Assembly: GCA_033762915.1 (NCBI GenBank) | Contig: JANRLD010000010.1 | Coordinates: forward strand, 1-64,000 | Length of the DNA stretch: 64,000 bases | Direction: 5' to 3' | DNA from: Meiothermus sp. | Lineage (GTDB): Bacteria; Deinococcota; Deinococci; Deinococcales; Thermaceae | Shown here: piece by piece, positions 1-11,738 of the stretch | Position numbering within the stretch: the stretch's first letter is position 1 | Layout of the letters: every line of letters starts with the position of its first letter | The notes under the pieces: model-generated | What the model was told of the DNA's origin: nothing | The model's database searches: none | The model's input: only the letters and a program-made list of their open reading frames with translations | Program-made: the position numbers and the translations under genes

Positions 1-182
<182 letters not shown>

Positions 183-256
183 AGGAGCACTTAACGACTC
201 ACTAGTTGAGAACCGTTCATAGAAGCTCGGCTGATCTTTCTTTGCTCAAGTCAATT

Positions 257-290
257 GAGCGCCCCTTCGGGGGCGCTCTTTTTGTTTTTT
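257..290 (+). terminator. Intrinsic terminator of the 16S transcript
   Basis: GAGCGCCCC-TTCG-GGGGCGCTC perfect 9-bp stem followed by TTTTTGTTTTTT. Confidence 0.9.
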
Positions 291-365
291 GTTCCAGCAG
301 CTCCTGCCGCTCGCTACCTCACGGGTATAGACTCGGATGTGCGGGGTATTCGTGGGAACCGCTGT
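291..365 (+). repeat. Degenerate partial copy of the two-hairpin MITE/REP-like element
   Basis: TACCTCACGG-loop-GTGCGGGGTA TTCG TGGGAACCGCTGT matches the right half of the elements at 14323, 25020, 53499 and 58875. Confidence 0.6.
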
Positions 366-420
366 GATGTGTTCGGGTTTGTTCCCGACTTGTGAGGAAG
401 ACATCTTTGAAGCCCAGCCC

Positions 421-1314
421 TTATGTTCCACCGCAACGCAAAACCTCCGGCAGCTCGGCTTCCACCTCGAGCCTCTCCCCGCTCACTGGGTGCTGCAGCA
501 CCAGCCGCTTGGCGTGCAGCCAGTAGCCCGCGTCCCCCGGCAAGCCCGGCTGCTCCAAAGGTTGCCCGCCGGCTTCATACAGCGGGTCGCCCAGCAGCGG
601 GTGGCCGATGTAGGCCAAGTGAATCCGAATCTGGTGCGGGCGGCCGGTGTGCAGGTCCACCTCGAACACGGTGCTGTCGTGGCGCCGCTCGAGGGTCCGC
701 GCCACGCTGCGCGAAGGCTTGCCGGTCTCCAGGGCCCCGTACACCCAGCCCAACCGGGGGTGCGCGACTTTGCCGATAGGAGCCTGAATGTCATAGGCGT
801 CCAGGGCCGCAATGCCGCTGCCCAAAGCCTGATACTGCTTGTGCACCAGGGGCCAGCCCTGCTGGAGCCTCGAGGCCACTCCGGGGTTCAGGGCGAACAG
901 CACCAGGCCCGAGGTGGCCCGGCCCAGGCGGTGCAGCGGGATGGCGGCGGGGAACTGGGCCTGTACGAGGCTCAGCAGGGTGTTGGCAAAGAAGCCCGCG
1001 CCGGGAAGGGTGGGCAGGCCGCCGGGCTTGTGGACCGCCAGCAGGGCCTCGTCCTGATACACCACCCCGAACTCCTGCGGGGTGGGCTGCTCGAGCCAGC
1101 CCGGGCGGTTCCAGTCCAGGATCTGCCCCGGCCGCAGCGGCTCGTCGCCGGTGGCGGCCCGGCCGTCCAGCCAGACCTCTCCCCTGTTCAAGCGCTCTTG
1201 CCACTGGGGGGCGCTCGAGTGGGGGTAGTGGGCGGCCAGGTACGAAAGCGTGTTATGGCCCAGCGCACTCGAGTCGAGTTCCTTGCGGTAGCGGTAGCCC
1301 CGGTTGAGCTTCAC
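421..1314 (-). CDS. RluA/RluD-family pseudouridine synthase-like protein with N-terminal S4-like region; catalytic Asp replaced by Gly
   Basis: Motifs HKPGGLP, HRLGRATSG (canonical HRLDxxTSG), LHTGRPHQIRIHLAYIGHPLLGDPLY, LHA. Confidence 0.88.
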   Translation of the reverse strand: MKLNRGYRYRKELDSSALGHNTLSYLAAHYPHSSAPQWQERLNRGEVWLDGRAATGDEPLRPGQILDWNRPGWLEQPTPQEFGVVYQDEALLAVHKPGGLPTLPGAGFFANTLLSLVQAQFPAAIPLHRLGRATSGLVLFALNPGVASRLQQGWPLVHKQYQALGSGIAALDAYDIQAPIGKVAHPRLGWVYGALETGKPSRSVARTLERRHDSTVFEVDLHTGRPHQIRIHLAYIGHPLLGDPLYEAGGQPLEQPGLPGDAGYWLHAKRLVLQHPVSGERLEVEAELPEVLRCGGT

Positions 1315-1398
1315 CGCTTAACTGTAGGGCAAGCCCGCGGGTTTGGGCCGATTCCGCGCCGGCTCCCATAGGCCGATGATGGCGTAGACTCGAGGCAA

Positions 1399-2583
1399 AT
1401 GCCCAGGCTCCTCGCGCCGCTGCTGGCTTTGGGCCTCGCCCTGGCTCAAGGCCTGGATACCCGTTTCGGACAGGGCGGGGCGGTGACGCTGCCCGCCGGC
1501 CTCGAGCTGGTCGACCTGCACGTTCAGGGCAATGGGGGTCTGATGTTGCTGCTGCGTCCCCGCGAGCAGAACGCCCTGGTGCTGCAGCAGTTGCTGCCCG
1601 ACGGGCGGGCAGACTCGAGGTTTGCCCAAGCGGGGGCGGCCCGGGTGGCCGGGGCTGCGCCGCTGAGCCTGGCCCGCGGCGGCGATGGCTCCTGGCTGGT
1701 GCTGCGGGCCGACCAGACCCTGGTGCGGCTGACCCCCGCGGGCCGGTTGGACGGCCGCTTCGGGCGCGGCGGCGTGCTGGCCCTCCCGACCCCGCGCGGC
1801 TACCGCTTCAACCAAGTATTCGTCGGGGAAGGCTCGAGCATGTTTCTGGCCGGTCTGTACCCCTCCGCCGGCTCGAGCGCCCTGGCGGTGGCCCGCCTGA
1901 ACTCTGGGGGGCAGCTCGACCGGGGCTACGGCTTCGGCGGGGTCAACCGCGCCGCGCCCGCGGTGACGGCCTACCGTCGGGGGTTCTTGCTCGAGGGGAG
2001 CCGCCTCTACCTCTATGGCGACACCCGCCGCCTGGCCGAGAGCCCCTACGCGGCCAGCGGCATCGCGGGAGCGGGGTTCGACAGGGCGGGCTTCCCCGAG
2101 CAGGTGGGGAACCTGGTCAACGTCTTTGACGGGGCGGCACTGGCGGCGCTGGATGGGGCGGTCTACTACGCCAGCAACGACAGCTTCGACGCCACCGACC
2201 ACTTCGTGTGGGGCGGCGGCTACGAGGGGACGATGACCTTCCGCCTGACCCAGTGGCCGGGTTTTCGGGCCAGCCCGGGCGGAGACCGTGAGGTGCTGTT
2301 CGCGGTGCAGGGCCTGCTGGCCACGAAAAGTGCAATGATCGTGGGGGGCCGGATGTACGACCGCAAGGGGGCGGTGCTGCTGCGGCTGCGGCAGGTCGAG
2401 GGCGAGTTCCGCCAGCTCGAGTGGCAGCCCGACCCCCGCTTCGGCGACCAGGGCATCTTCGAGCTGCCCGGCGGGGGCCAGATCCAGCTCCTGCGGCCGG
2501 CGGCCAGCGGCGCCTACCTGGTCACCCGCAGCCCGACCAGCGGGGATGCCGCGGCGGTGCGGGTCTGGCGGATTTGGCTGTGA
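1399..2583 (+). CDS. Secreted protein with delta-60-like beta-propeller repeats
   Basis: Signal peptide MPRLLAPLLALGLALA; recurring LDxxFGxGG units (LDTRFGQGG, GRLDGRFGRGG, GQLDRGYGFGG, PDPRFGDQG). Confidence 0.7.
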   Translation: MPRLLAPLLALGLALAQGLDTRFGQGGAVTLPAGLELVDLHVQGNGGLMLLLRPREQNALVLQQLLPDGRADSRFAQAGAARVAGAAPLSLARGGDGSWLVLRADQTLVRLTPAGRLDGRFGRGGVLALPTPRGYRFNQVFVGEGSSMFLAGLYPSAGSSALAVARLNSGGQLDRGYGFGGVNRAAPAVTAYRRGFLLEGSRLYLYGDTRRLAESPYAASGIAGAGFDRAGFPEQVGNLVNVFDGAALAALDGAVYYASNDSFDATDHFVWGGGYEGTMTFRLTQWPGFRASPGGDREVLFAVQGLLATKSAMIVGGRMYDRKGAVLLRLRQVEGEFRQLEWQPDPRFGDQGIFELPGGGQIQLLRPAASGAYLVTRSPTSGDAAAVRVWRIWL

Positions 2584-2610
2584 GTGCCGCAACCCCCCTC
2601 GCCCCGGTTT

Positions 2611-2756
2611 TGTGGTAGGCTCTTGCCGTCCATCAGGCTGTCCGGTGAGGCAGCGAAGGGCGGATTCCGGTGAGGACAAACTCGAGGTTTTTTCCCGTCA
2701 CCCCCGTGACGGAGGAGTGTACCGCCAGGCCGTGAAGGTCTGGCGTGGGTTTTTTT
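2611..2756 (+). promoter_or_regulatory. Extended -10 promoter plus structured 5' leader with terminator-like hairpin upstream of the pur operon
   Basis: TGTGG-TAGGCT at 2611-2621; stems CCGTCC/GGGCGG, GCTGTC/GGCAGC, CCGTCAC/GTGACGG; CGCCAGGCC-GTGAA-GGTCTGGCG then TGGG and T7. Confidence 0.55.
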
Positions 2757-2769
2757 AGGGCCGACTACG

Positions 2770-4086
2770 ATGATTGAACGCTACCAAACCCCCGAGATGG
2801 CCACCCTGTGGAGCGAAGCCAAGAAGTACCAGACCTGGGCCGAGGTCGAGATTCTGGCGCTGGAGGCCTGGGAGACCCTGAACCAGGTTCCTAAGGGCAC
2901 CGCCACCAGGCTCCGCAAAGCATTGAAGAAGAAGCCCATTGATGCCGCCTTTGCCCGGCGCGTGGACGAGATCGAGGCCGAGACCCGGCACGACATCGTG
3001 GCCTTCACGCGGGCGCTCACCGAGTGGACCAAAGACAGCGAGGTGGCCCGCTGGCTGCACCTGGGCCTGACCTCCACCGACGTGGTGGACACCGCGCAGA
3101 ACGTGGTGCTGGCCGAGTCGGTCAAGCTGATCCAGCGGGAGCTGTTCCATGTGCTCAACGCCCTCGAGAAGCTCGCGATCAAGTACAAGTACACCGCAGC
3201 CGTCGGGCGCACCCACGGCGTCCACGCCGAGCCGACCAGCTTCGGGCTGCGCTTCCTGAGCTTCCTGGCCGCACTGCGCCGCGACGAGGAGCGCCTGCGC
3301 CGCGCCCGCAAGGCCGTCGCGGTGGGGATGGCCTCCGGCTCGGTGGGCAACTACGCCCACGTGGACCCCGCGGTCGAGGCCCATATCGCCGAGAAGCTGG
3401 GGCTGAAGGTGGAGCCGGTATCCACACAGGTGATCCCCCGCGACCGTCACGCCGAGTTCATGAGCGCCCTGGCCATCCTGGGAGCTAACGTCGAGCGGGT
3501 CTGCGTGGAGCTGCGCCACCTCCAGCGCACCGAGGTCTTGGAGGTGCAGGAGCCCTTCAGCTACAAGCAGACCGGCTCAAGCTCGATGCCACACAAGAAG
3601 AACCCGGTGAGCCTCGAGAACCTCTCCGGCCTGGCCCGGCTGCTGCGCTCCAACCTGCAGGCCGAGTTGGAGAACGTGGCCCTCTGGCACGAGCGTGACA
3701 TCTCGCACTCCTCGGTCGAGCGGGTGATCCTGCCCGACTCCACCACCCTGGCCCACTACATGCTGCGCCGCCTCAAGCGGGTTCTTGAGGGCCTGGTGGT
3801 TTACGAGAAAAACATCGAAAAAAACCTCGAGCTCACACGCGGCCTGGTCTACAGCCAGCGGGTGCTGGGCTTCCTGATCGAGTCCGGAATGGAGCGCGCC
3901 GCCGCCTACGAGGTGGTGCAGCGCAACGCGCTCAAGAGCTGGGAGGAGGGCAGCGAGTTTAGGGCACTGCTCGAGGCCGACCCCGAGTGCAGCGTCAAGG
4001 GTGAGGCCCTGGCCGAGGCCTTCGACCCGGCCTACTTCCTGCGCTACATCGACGACATCTACGAGCGGTTCGGGATGGGTGAGTGA
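2770..4086 (+). CDS. purB: Adenylosuccinate lyase
   Basis: Fumarase-family signature [30 protein letters not shown]; pur operon context. Confidence 0.97.
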   Translation: MIERYQTPEMATLWSEAKKYQTWAEVEILALEAWETLNQVPKGTATRLRKALKKKPIDAAFARRVDEIEAETRHDIVAFTRALTEWTKDSEVARWLHLGLTSTDVVDTAQNVVLAESVKLIQRELFHVLNALEKLAIKYKYTAAVGRTHGVHAEPTSFGLRFLSFLAALRRDEERLRRARKAVAVGMASGSVGNYAHVDPAVEAHIAEKLGLKVEPVSTQVIPRDRHAEFMSALAILGANVERVCVELRHLQRTEVLEVQEPFSYKQTGSSSMPHKKNPVSLENLSGLARLLRSNLQAELENVALWHERDISHSSVERVILPDSTTLAHYMLRRLKRVLEGLVVYEKNIEKNLELTRGLVYSQRVLGFLIESGMERAAAYEVVQRNALKSWEEGSEFRALLEADPECSVKGEALAEAFDPAYFLRYIDDIYERFGMGE

Positions 4087-4163
4087 GGCCCGAAGTGCCA
4101 AGAGACAAGGGGTAAGTGGTCCCACGATCCCACATCTTTTTTCACCTCTTCTTAGGGGGCGCG

Positions 4164-4895
4164 ATGGAAAAGCTATACGAGGGCAAGGCCAAAATCATCT
4201 ATCCGGGCGCGGAGGCCGGGGTCTACCGGGTGTTCTACAAGGACGACGCCACCGCCTTCAACGGGCAGAAGAGGGCCCAGATTTCCGGCAAGGGGGTGGT
4301 GAACAACAAGGTCTCATCGGCGCTGTTCCGCTACCTCGAGGCCCACGGCGTGCCCACCCACTTCCTGCGTGAGCTCTCCGACAACGAGATGCTGGTCAAG
4401 CGGGTCGAGATCGTGCCGCTGGAGGTGATCGTGCGCAACCGCACGGCGGGAACCTTCTCCAAGCGCTACGGCGTGGAGGAGGGCCGGGTACTGCCCTACC
4501 CGCTGGTGGAGTTCTCGCTGAAGAACGACGGCCTGGGCGACCCGCTGATCTACGACGAGGCGGCCCTGGCGCTGGGGCTGGTCAATGGCAGCGAGCTGGC
4601 CCGGATCAAGGAGCTGGCCCTGAAGGTGAACGGTCTGCTGAAGGGGTACTTCGCCGCGCGCGGCCTCGAGCTGATCGACTTCAAGCTCGAGTTCGGCCGG
4701 CTGCTGCTCTCGGCCCCGCCCACCGACGAGCGCGGCGACATCGTGCTGGCCGACGAGATCTCCCCCGACACCATGCGCCTGTGGGAGGTCGAGACGGGCG
4801 AGAGGATGGACAAGGACCGCTTCCGCCGCGACCTCGGCGGCGTCGAGGAGGCCTACCAGGAGGTCTTGCGGCGGGTGCTGAGCCCGGTTTCGTAG
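4164..4895 (+). CDS. purC: SAICAR synthase
   Basis: [41 protein letters not shown]; start set at ATG 4164. Confidence 0.97.
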   Translation: MEKLYEGKAKIIYPGAEAGVYRVFYKDDATAFNGQKRAQISGKGVVNNKVSSALFRYLEAHGVPTHFLRELSDNEMLVKRVEIVPLEVIVRNRTAGTFSKRYGVEEGRVLPYPLVEFSLKNDGLGDPLIYDEAALALGLVNGSELARIKELALKVNGLLKGYFAARGLELIDFKLEFGRLLLSAPPTDERGDIVLADEISPDTMRLWEVETGERMDKDRFRRDLGGVEEAYQEVLRRVLSPVS

Positions 4896-5036
4896 GGGCG
4901 CTTTGCCCGGCTTGCCGCCGACACGCCACCCCCACAACACACGGCGCCCTTCCGACTCAAAGCCACCTATCAACGCAACAAGAACACTTTACTTTCGGCG
5001 TTCGACGTAAGACCTACGACGCTTCAGAGGAGCCCC

Positions 5037-5288
5037 ATGAAATACCACGCAACGCTGCTGATCGAACTCAAGAACGGCATCCTCGACCCTCAGGGCCGCG
5101 CCGTCGAGGGCGTGCTGCAAGGCCTGGGCTACCGGGCCGAGAGTGTGCGGGTCGGGCGGGTGCTCGAGATGGAACTCGAGGCCGCCTCCGCCGACGAGGC
5201 CAGGTCCCAGGCCGAGAAGATCGGCAAAGCCCTCGCCAACCCGGTGATGGAAGTGTTCGCGGTCGAAGCGGTGAAGGAGTTGGCGTGA
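5037..5288 (+). CDS. purS: FGAM synthase subunit PurS
   Basis: 83 aa; [29 protein letters not shown]. Confidence 0.95.
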   Translation: MKYHATLLIELKNGILDPQGRAVEGVLQGLGYRAESVRVGRVLEMELEAASADEARSQAEKIGKALANPVMEVFAVEAVKELA

Positions 5289-5980
5289 AAGTCGCCGTTA
5301 TCCAGTTCCCCGGCTCCAACTGCGACTCGGACGCGGTGTGGGCGCTCGAGCGGGTGGGGCTGCGGGCCGAGCTGGTCTGGCACACCCAGGGCAGCCTCGA
5401 GGGCTTCTCGGCGGCGCTCCTGCCGGGGGGATTCTCGTACGGCGACTACCTGCGGGCGGGCGCGCTGGCCAAGTTCTCGCCGGTGATGGAGGCGGTGCGT
5501 GGCCTCGCCGAGCGCGGCCACCCGGTGATCGGGATCTGCAACGGCTTCCAGGCCCTCACCGAGGCCCAGCTTCTGCCCGGTGCACTGCTGGCCAACAACA
5601 ACCTGCACTTCACCTGCAAGGACGTCTCGCTGCGGGTCGAGCGCCGGACCGCCTTCACCTCGGAGTACAAGGCGGGCCAGGTGTTGCGCGTCCCCATCGC
5701 CCACGGCGAGGGCCGCTACTACGCCGACGACGAGACCTTGCAGCAGCTCGAGGACGGCGGGCAGATCGTCTTTCGCTACACCCAGCAGGCCACACGCCAC
5801 GGGCCCCACGCCTACAACCCCAACGGAAGCCTCAACGACATTGCGGGCATCGTCAATGCGCGCGGCAACGTGCTGGGGATGATGCCCCACCCCGAGCGGG
5901 TGGTGGACGAGGTGCTGGGCGGGACCGACGGGCTGGGTTTTTTCATGAGTTTGAAGCGGGCGCTCGAGGTGGTGGCGTGA
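5285..5980 (+). CDS. purQ: FGAM synthase glutaminase subunit
   Basis: GTG overlapping purS stop; [35 protein letters not shown]. Confidence 0.97.
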   Translation: MKVAVIQFPGSNCDSDAVWALERVGLRAELVWHTQGSLEGFSAALLPGGFSYGDYLRAGALAKFSPVMEAVRGLAERGHPVIGICNGFQALTEAQLLPGALLANNNLHFTCKDVSLRVERRTAFTSEYKAGQVLRVPIAHGEGRYYADDETLQQLEDGGQIVFRYTQQATRHGPHAYNPNGSLNDIAGIVNARGNVLGMMPHPERVVDEVLGGTDGLGFFMSLKRALEVVA

Positions 5981-6098
5981 GGGGCTTCGTTGGCGTAGGC
6001 CGTGCGGTGGGCGTCGTAGGTCGTTGGTCCTACGTCGTACGCCAAAACCGCCGTTGTCCTTCGACCTGCGACCTTTGTCCTTCGACAAGGAGGGCTTC

Positions 6099-8308
6099 AT
6101 GAACGAGACCATCAACCCCCTCCTCAAAGAGACCGGCATTCCGCTTAATGAGTACAACGAAATTGTCCGGCTGATGGGGCGGGAGCCCAACCGCCTCGAG
6201 CTCTACCTCTTCAAGGTGATGTGGAGCGAGCACTGCTCGTACAAGAACTCCCGCCCGCTGCTGCGCATCCTGCCCAAGGAAGGACCCGCCGTGCTCCAGG
6301 GGCCAGGCGAGAACGCGGGCGTGGTGGACATCGGCGAGGGCTGGGCGGTGGCCTTCAAGATCGAGTCGCACAACCACCCCTCGGCGGTAGAGCCGGTGCA
6401 GGGCGCGGCGACGGGCGTGGGCGGGATCATCCGCGACATCGTGGCGATGGGGGCGCGTCCGATTGCGCTACTGAATTCGCTGCGCTTCGGGAAGCTGGGG
6501 GACGAGTCCGAGGGCGACCGTACCCGCTATCTGGTGGGGGGCGTGGTGGGCGGCATCGCCCACTACGGCAACGCCATCGGGATCCCCACCGTGGGCGGCG
6601 AGGTCTACTTCCACCCCGACTACCAGGACAACCCGCTGGTCAACGCGATGTGCGTGGGCCTGCTGCGCTCCGACGAGCTGAAGAAGAGCTTCGCCACGCT
6701 GGGTCGGCCGGTCTACTACGTGGGCTCCAAGACCGGGCGCGACGGCATCGGGGGCGCGGCCTTCGCTTCGGAGGAGCTGTCGGAGGAGAGCGAGTCCAAG
6801 CGGCCCAGCGTTCAGGTCGGCGACCCCTTCATGGGCAAGCTGACCATGGAGACCACCCTCGAGGCCATCCGCCTCGACTTGGTGGAGGGCGTGCAGGACA
6901 TGGGGGCAGCGGGCCTGACCTCCAGCCTCTGCGAGATGGCCCACAAGTCGGGGCTGGGCCTCGAGCTCAACCTCGACCTGGTGCCCAAGCGCGAGACCGG
7001 CATGAGCCCCCTCGAGCTGATGCTCTCCGAGTCGCAGGAGCGGATGGTGCTGGTGCCCCGCCCAGGCCGCGAGAAGGAGCTCGAGCGGTTGGCGGGCAGA
7101 TGGGGCCTGGACGCGGTGCCGGTGGCGACCATGATTGCCGAGCCGGTTTTCAGGATCACCAGCGAGGGCGCGGTGGTCGCGGAGGTGCCCACCGGTGCAC
7201 TCGCGGACTCGCTGACCTACGTGCGTGAGGGCAAAGAGAATCCCGAAGCCGCGGCGGCGCGGGCCAAAGACCTCACCCACCTGCCCATCCCCCAAGACCT
7301 ACAGGCCATCCTGCCCCAACTGCTGGCCTCGCCCAACCTCAGCAGCCGCGCCCCGGTCTTCGAGCGCTACGACCATCAGGTGGGAACCAACACCGCGCTG
7401 GTGCCCGGCAAAGGCGACGCGGCGATCGTGCGCATCAAGGGCACGAGCCGCGCCATCGCGGTTAAGGTCGACTCCAACCCGCGCTACTCCAAGCTGGCCC
7501 CGCGCCTGGGCGCGATGCACGCCCTGGCCGAGGCCTGCCGCAATGTGAGCGTGGTCGGGGGCAAGCCCCTCGCCTACACCGACGGCCTCAACTGCGGCAA
7601 CCCCGAAACCCCGCACGGCTACTTCGAGCTTTCCGAGACGATTCACGGGCTCGCAGAGGCCTCCAAGGCCCTGGGCATCCCCTGCGTCTCGGGCAACGTC
7701 TCGCTCTACAACGAGGGCCCCTCCTACCGCATCCCCCCGACCCCCATGGTGGGGGTGGTGGGGCTTCTGGAAGACGTGTCCAGGCGCGCCGAGCTGGGCT
7801 TCCGCAAGGCGGGGGAGTTCATCGTCCTGATCGGCGACAAGGCGGGCGAGTTGGGCGCCTCGGAATACCTGTGGCTGACTCAGGGCTTGGAGGCGGGCTC
7901 GCCGCCCGCGCTCGACCTTGCCAGGGAGGCCAGGACCCAGGCCGCCATCCGGGACTTGATCGAGCGCGGCTGGGTCCGGACCGCCCATGACGTGGCCGAG
8001 GGCGGCCTGGCGGTCGCGCTGGCTGAGATGTGCTTCCCCCACGGCCTGGGCGCGACCATAGAGATCCGCAACCAGGCCAGGCCCGACGCCCTGCTCTACG
8101 GCGAGGCCCCTGGCCGCATCCTTTTCACGGTGGATCAGGCCAACCTACAGCTGGCGGTGAAGGTGCTCGAGGCCCACTCCCTGCCCCACAAAATCCTCGG
8201 CCAGGTCGGCGGCGAGAGCCTCACCGTCCTGATGCCCAAGCAGCGGCTCGAGTGGGGCGTCGAATCTTTGCGCGAAGCCTGGGAGGGTACGCTGCGGGAG
8301 GTGCTGCC

Positions 8309-8312
<4 letters not shown>
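6099..8312 (+). CDS. purL: FGAM synthase subunit PurL (small form)
   Basis: [49 protein letters not shown] before ATG 6099. Confidence 0.97.
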
Positions 8313-9829
<1,517 letters not shown>

Positions 9830-9950
9830 ATAGAGTAATTGTAAATATTTATGTGTAACATCTCATACTCTTCACTTTTACACCTTTGTCATGGTATAAA
9901 ATATTAGTAGTTTATCCAAATCATTTTTCTCTGGTTTTTGGGGGGAAATC

Positions 9951-10370
9951 GTGCACTATCTGATTCGTCGGTTCACTTCAAGCGTAATTTTTTTTGTCTT
10001 ACTTTCCTTTTCCTATGCACAGACTACCAATCCTCCACCCCCTTCCACTTCTACTGGTAGTTTGCCTACGCGCATTAACATATTAAGTAGCTTTGAGTTT
10101 TGGCTATCATTGATTGTTTTGTTCTTCGGGTTACTTGTAATTACCGCGCAATTCCTGAGCTTAAGGAGTTTAGTTACACCCCCCAAGCCAGAGGATATCC
10201 TAAGAATCTTCACCCTCTCACTCGTCACTATTGGCACTCTTTTTATTATCACTGCAGGTTATAGCGCTACAGAAATCGCACCAGCTCTTGGTCTTTTTGG
10301 TACTATTGCTGGTTACCTGCTTGGCAAAGGATTCAAAGAAAACGCTTCTTCCGACGAAGAAAAGAAATAG
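9951..10370 (+). CDS. Hypothetical membrane protein (signal peptide plus about 3 TM helices), low GC
   Basis: ORF with GGGGGA RBS; hydrophobic segments; AT-rich codons. Confidence 0.75.
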   Translation: MHYLIRRFTSSVIFFVLLSFSYAQTTNPPPPSTSTGSLPTRINILSSFEFWLSLIVLFFGLLVITAQFLSLRSLVTPPKPEDILRIFTLSLVTIGTLFIITAGYSATEIAPALGLFGTIAGYLLGKGFKENASSDEEKK

Positions 10371-10379
10371 GAGAAGGCA

Positions 10380-10778
10380 ATGGCGCTTAAACGAGAAATT
10401 AGATGCTATATATTTGCTTGTTGGTTATTGGCTAGTGGCTTTTGTATGGCACAAGAAGGGCAGGCAGACTTCCCGTCTCTTGCCCAACTTCAGGTTTACA
10501 TTACGAATAACAGCACTGGGCGAGTGCTTTTCTATCTTCGTTGTGGTAATAGCGATTGGTCTTTGTTCAGTCTCAATCCATCTCAAGGCGGCAATTACTG
10601 GTGCGCTGACAACGTTCCATTGTTTTTTCGAGTCAACACTCCATTACAAAATGGGCAGATGATTACACGAGAGTATTCTCTTCCATACCGAGAAAGATAC
10701 CATATAAACTTTGATTGGTCTGCAGGTGCATGGAATATCTGGAAGATATCTCCTGTTGCCCCAGGGCGTATCCGGTAG
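10380..10778 (+). CDS. Hypothetical secreted protein, low GC; stop codon lies inside the IS end
   Basis: RBS AGGAGA; signal peptide-like N-terminus; two Cys in mature region; TAG at 10776-10778 is within the IS terminal repeat. Confidence 0.7.
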   Translation: MALKREIRCYIFACWLLASGFCMAQEGQADFPSLAQLQVYITNNSTGRVLFYLRCGNSDWSLFSLNPSQGGNYWCADNVPLFFRVNTPLQNGQMITREYSLPYRERYHINFDWSAGAWNIWKISPVAPGRIR

Positions 10779-11549
10779 TGGGTCAAGGATAACTGATATA
10801 CTTGTCAGATGATTCAAGAGACAGTAACTCACTGCTGCGGGAGTTGCGGAGGCACCAACATCGTGCGCAATGGGCGTAACCGCTACGGGAAGTAGCAGTA
10901 CAAGTGCAAGGACTGCGGCCAGTCGCGGTGCTCGAGCCCAGTGAGAAGTACACGGCGGAGAAGCGGGAGCAGATACTGGCGACTTACCAAGAGCGCCCGA
11001 GTATGCGGGGGATACAGCGCATCTACGGGACAAGCCGCAACACCCTGAGCAAATGGCTGAAAAAAAGGCGGCCAGTTGCAGGTTGAGCGATGCCTTGGCA
11101 GAGGCCGATCCGGGGGATGTGCTGGAACTCGACGAGGTGTGCACATTTATCTGCCAACGGGTTGATAAGTGCTGGGTGTGGACAGCTCTGTGCCGAAGAA
11201 CCCGCCAGATTGTGGCTTGGGTTTGTGGAGATCACAGCGCCAAGACCTGCCGACGGCTATGAAAGCCCATTCCCCAAAGCTACAAGCACTGCCACACCTT
11301 CAGCGACTTCTGGGAGGCTTACGCCCAAGGTCTTCCCCAAGGCCACCCACCGCTCAGTCGGCAAGGAGTCGGGTCAGACCTGACACATGGAGTGCTGGAA
11401 CTGCACCCTGCGCCAAAGAATAGCCCGCTTCGTCCGCGAGACCCTCTCCTTCTCCAAAGCCCAGCACATGCTCAAGGCCGCCCTCGCCTGCTTCGTCCAA
11501 GACTACAACCTCAGCCCTCAGCCGACTCAGTTACTTATGACCCACTACC
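10774..11549 (+). mobile_element. IS1-family insertion sequence, 776 bp, inactivated
   Basis: Terminal IRs GGTAGTGGGTCAaggaTAACTGA / TCAGTTActtaTGACCCACTACC (19/23); InsA-like zinc ribbon (CGSCG..YKCKDC), A7G slippery site 11060-11067, InsB-like ELDE..WVWTA..SDFW..NCTLRQR..SFSK. Confidence 0.92.
10810..11520 (+). pseudogene. IS1 transposase insA/insB pseudogene
   Basis: In-frame stops at 10893 (TAG), 11260 (TGA) and 11381 (TGA) plus extra frameshifts; boundaries approximate. Confidence 0.85.
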
Positions 11550-11603
11550 AAGGCGGGCCTGTGTGCTGCTCCTAACTCGAGCCCTTTCTGCTACCATGTT
11601 CCT

Positions 11604-11738
11604 ATGGTTATCACGCTCACGCCCGAACTCGAGCGCTGGATTGAAGAGCAGCTCGAGCTGGGGTTGTACAAGGACAAGGACGATTTGGTGCGCTCCTACC
11701 TCGAGCCCTTGATCACAGCGCAATCAGAACCGCGATGA
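11604..11738 (+). pseudogene. Truncated ParD-like ribbon-helix-helix antitoxin (44 aa)
   Basis: MVITLTPELERWIEEQLELGLYKDKDDLVRSYLE resembles the ParD/CC2985-type N-terminus; TG-n-TACCAT -10 box 6 nt before ATG; below ORF-track cutoff. Confidence 0.6.

Noticed and set aside
2631..2660. Resemblance to SRP RNA or hammerhead cores
   Set aside because: Lacks the SRP CAGG-GNRA-AGCAG arrangement and the CUGANGA/GAAA core.
4700..4740. Extra residues [11 protein letters not shown] in PurC
   Set aside because: Variable loop with no clear DNA palindrome or repeat match.
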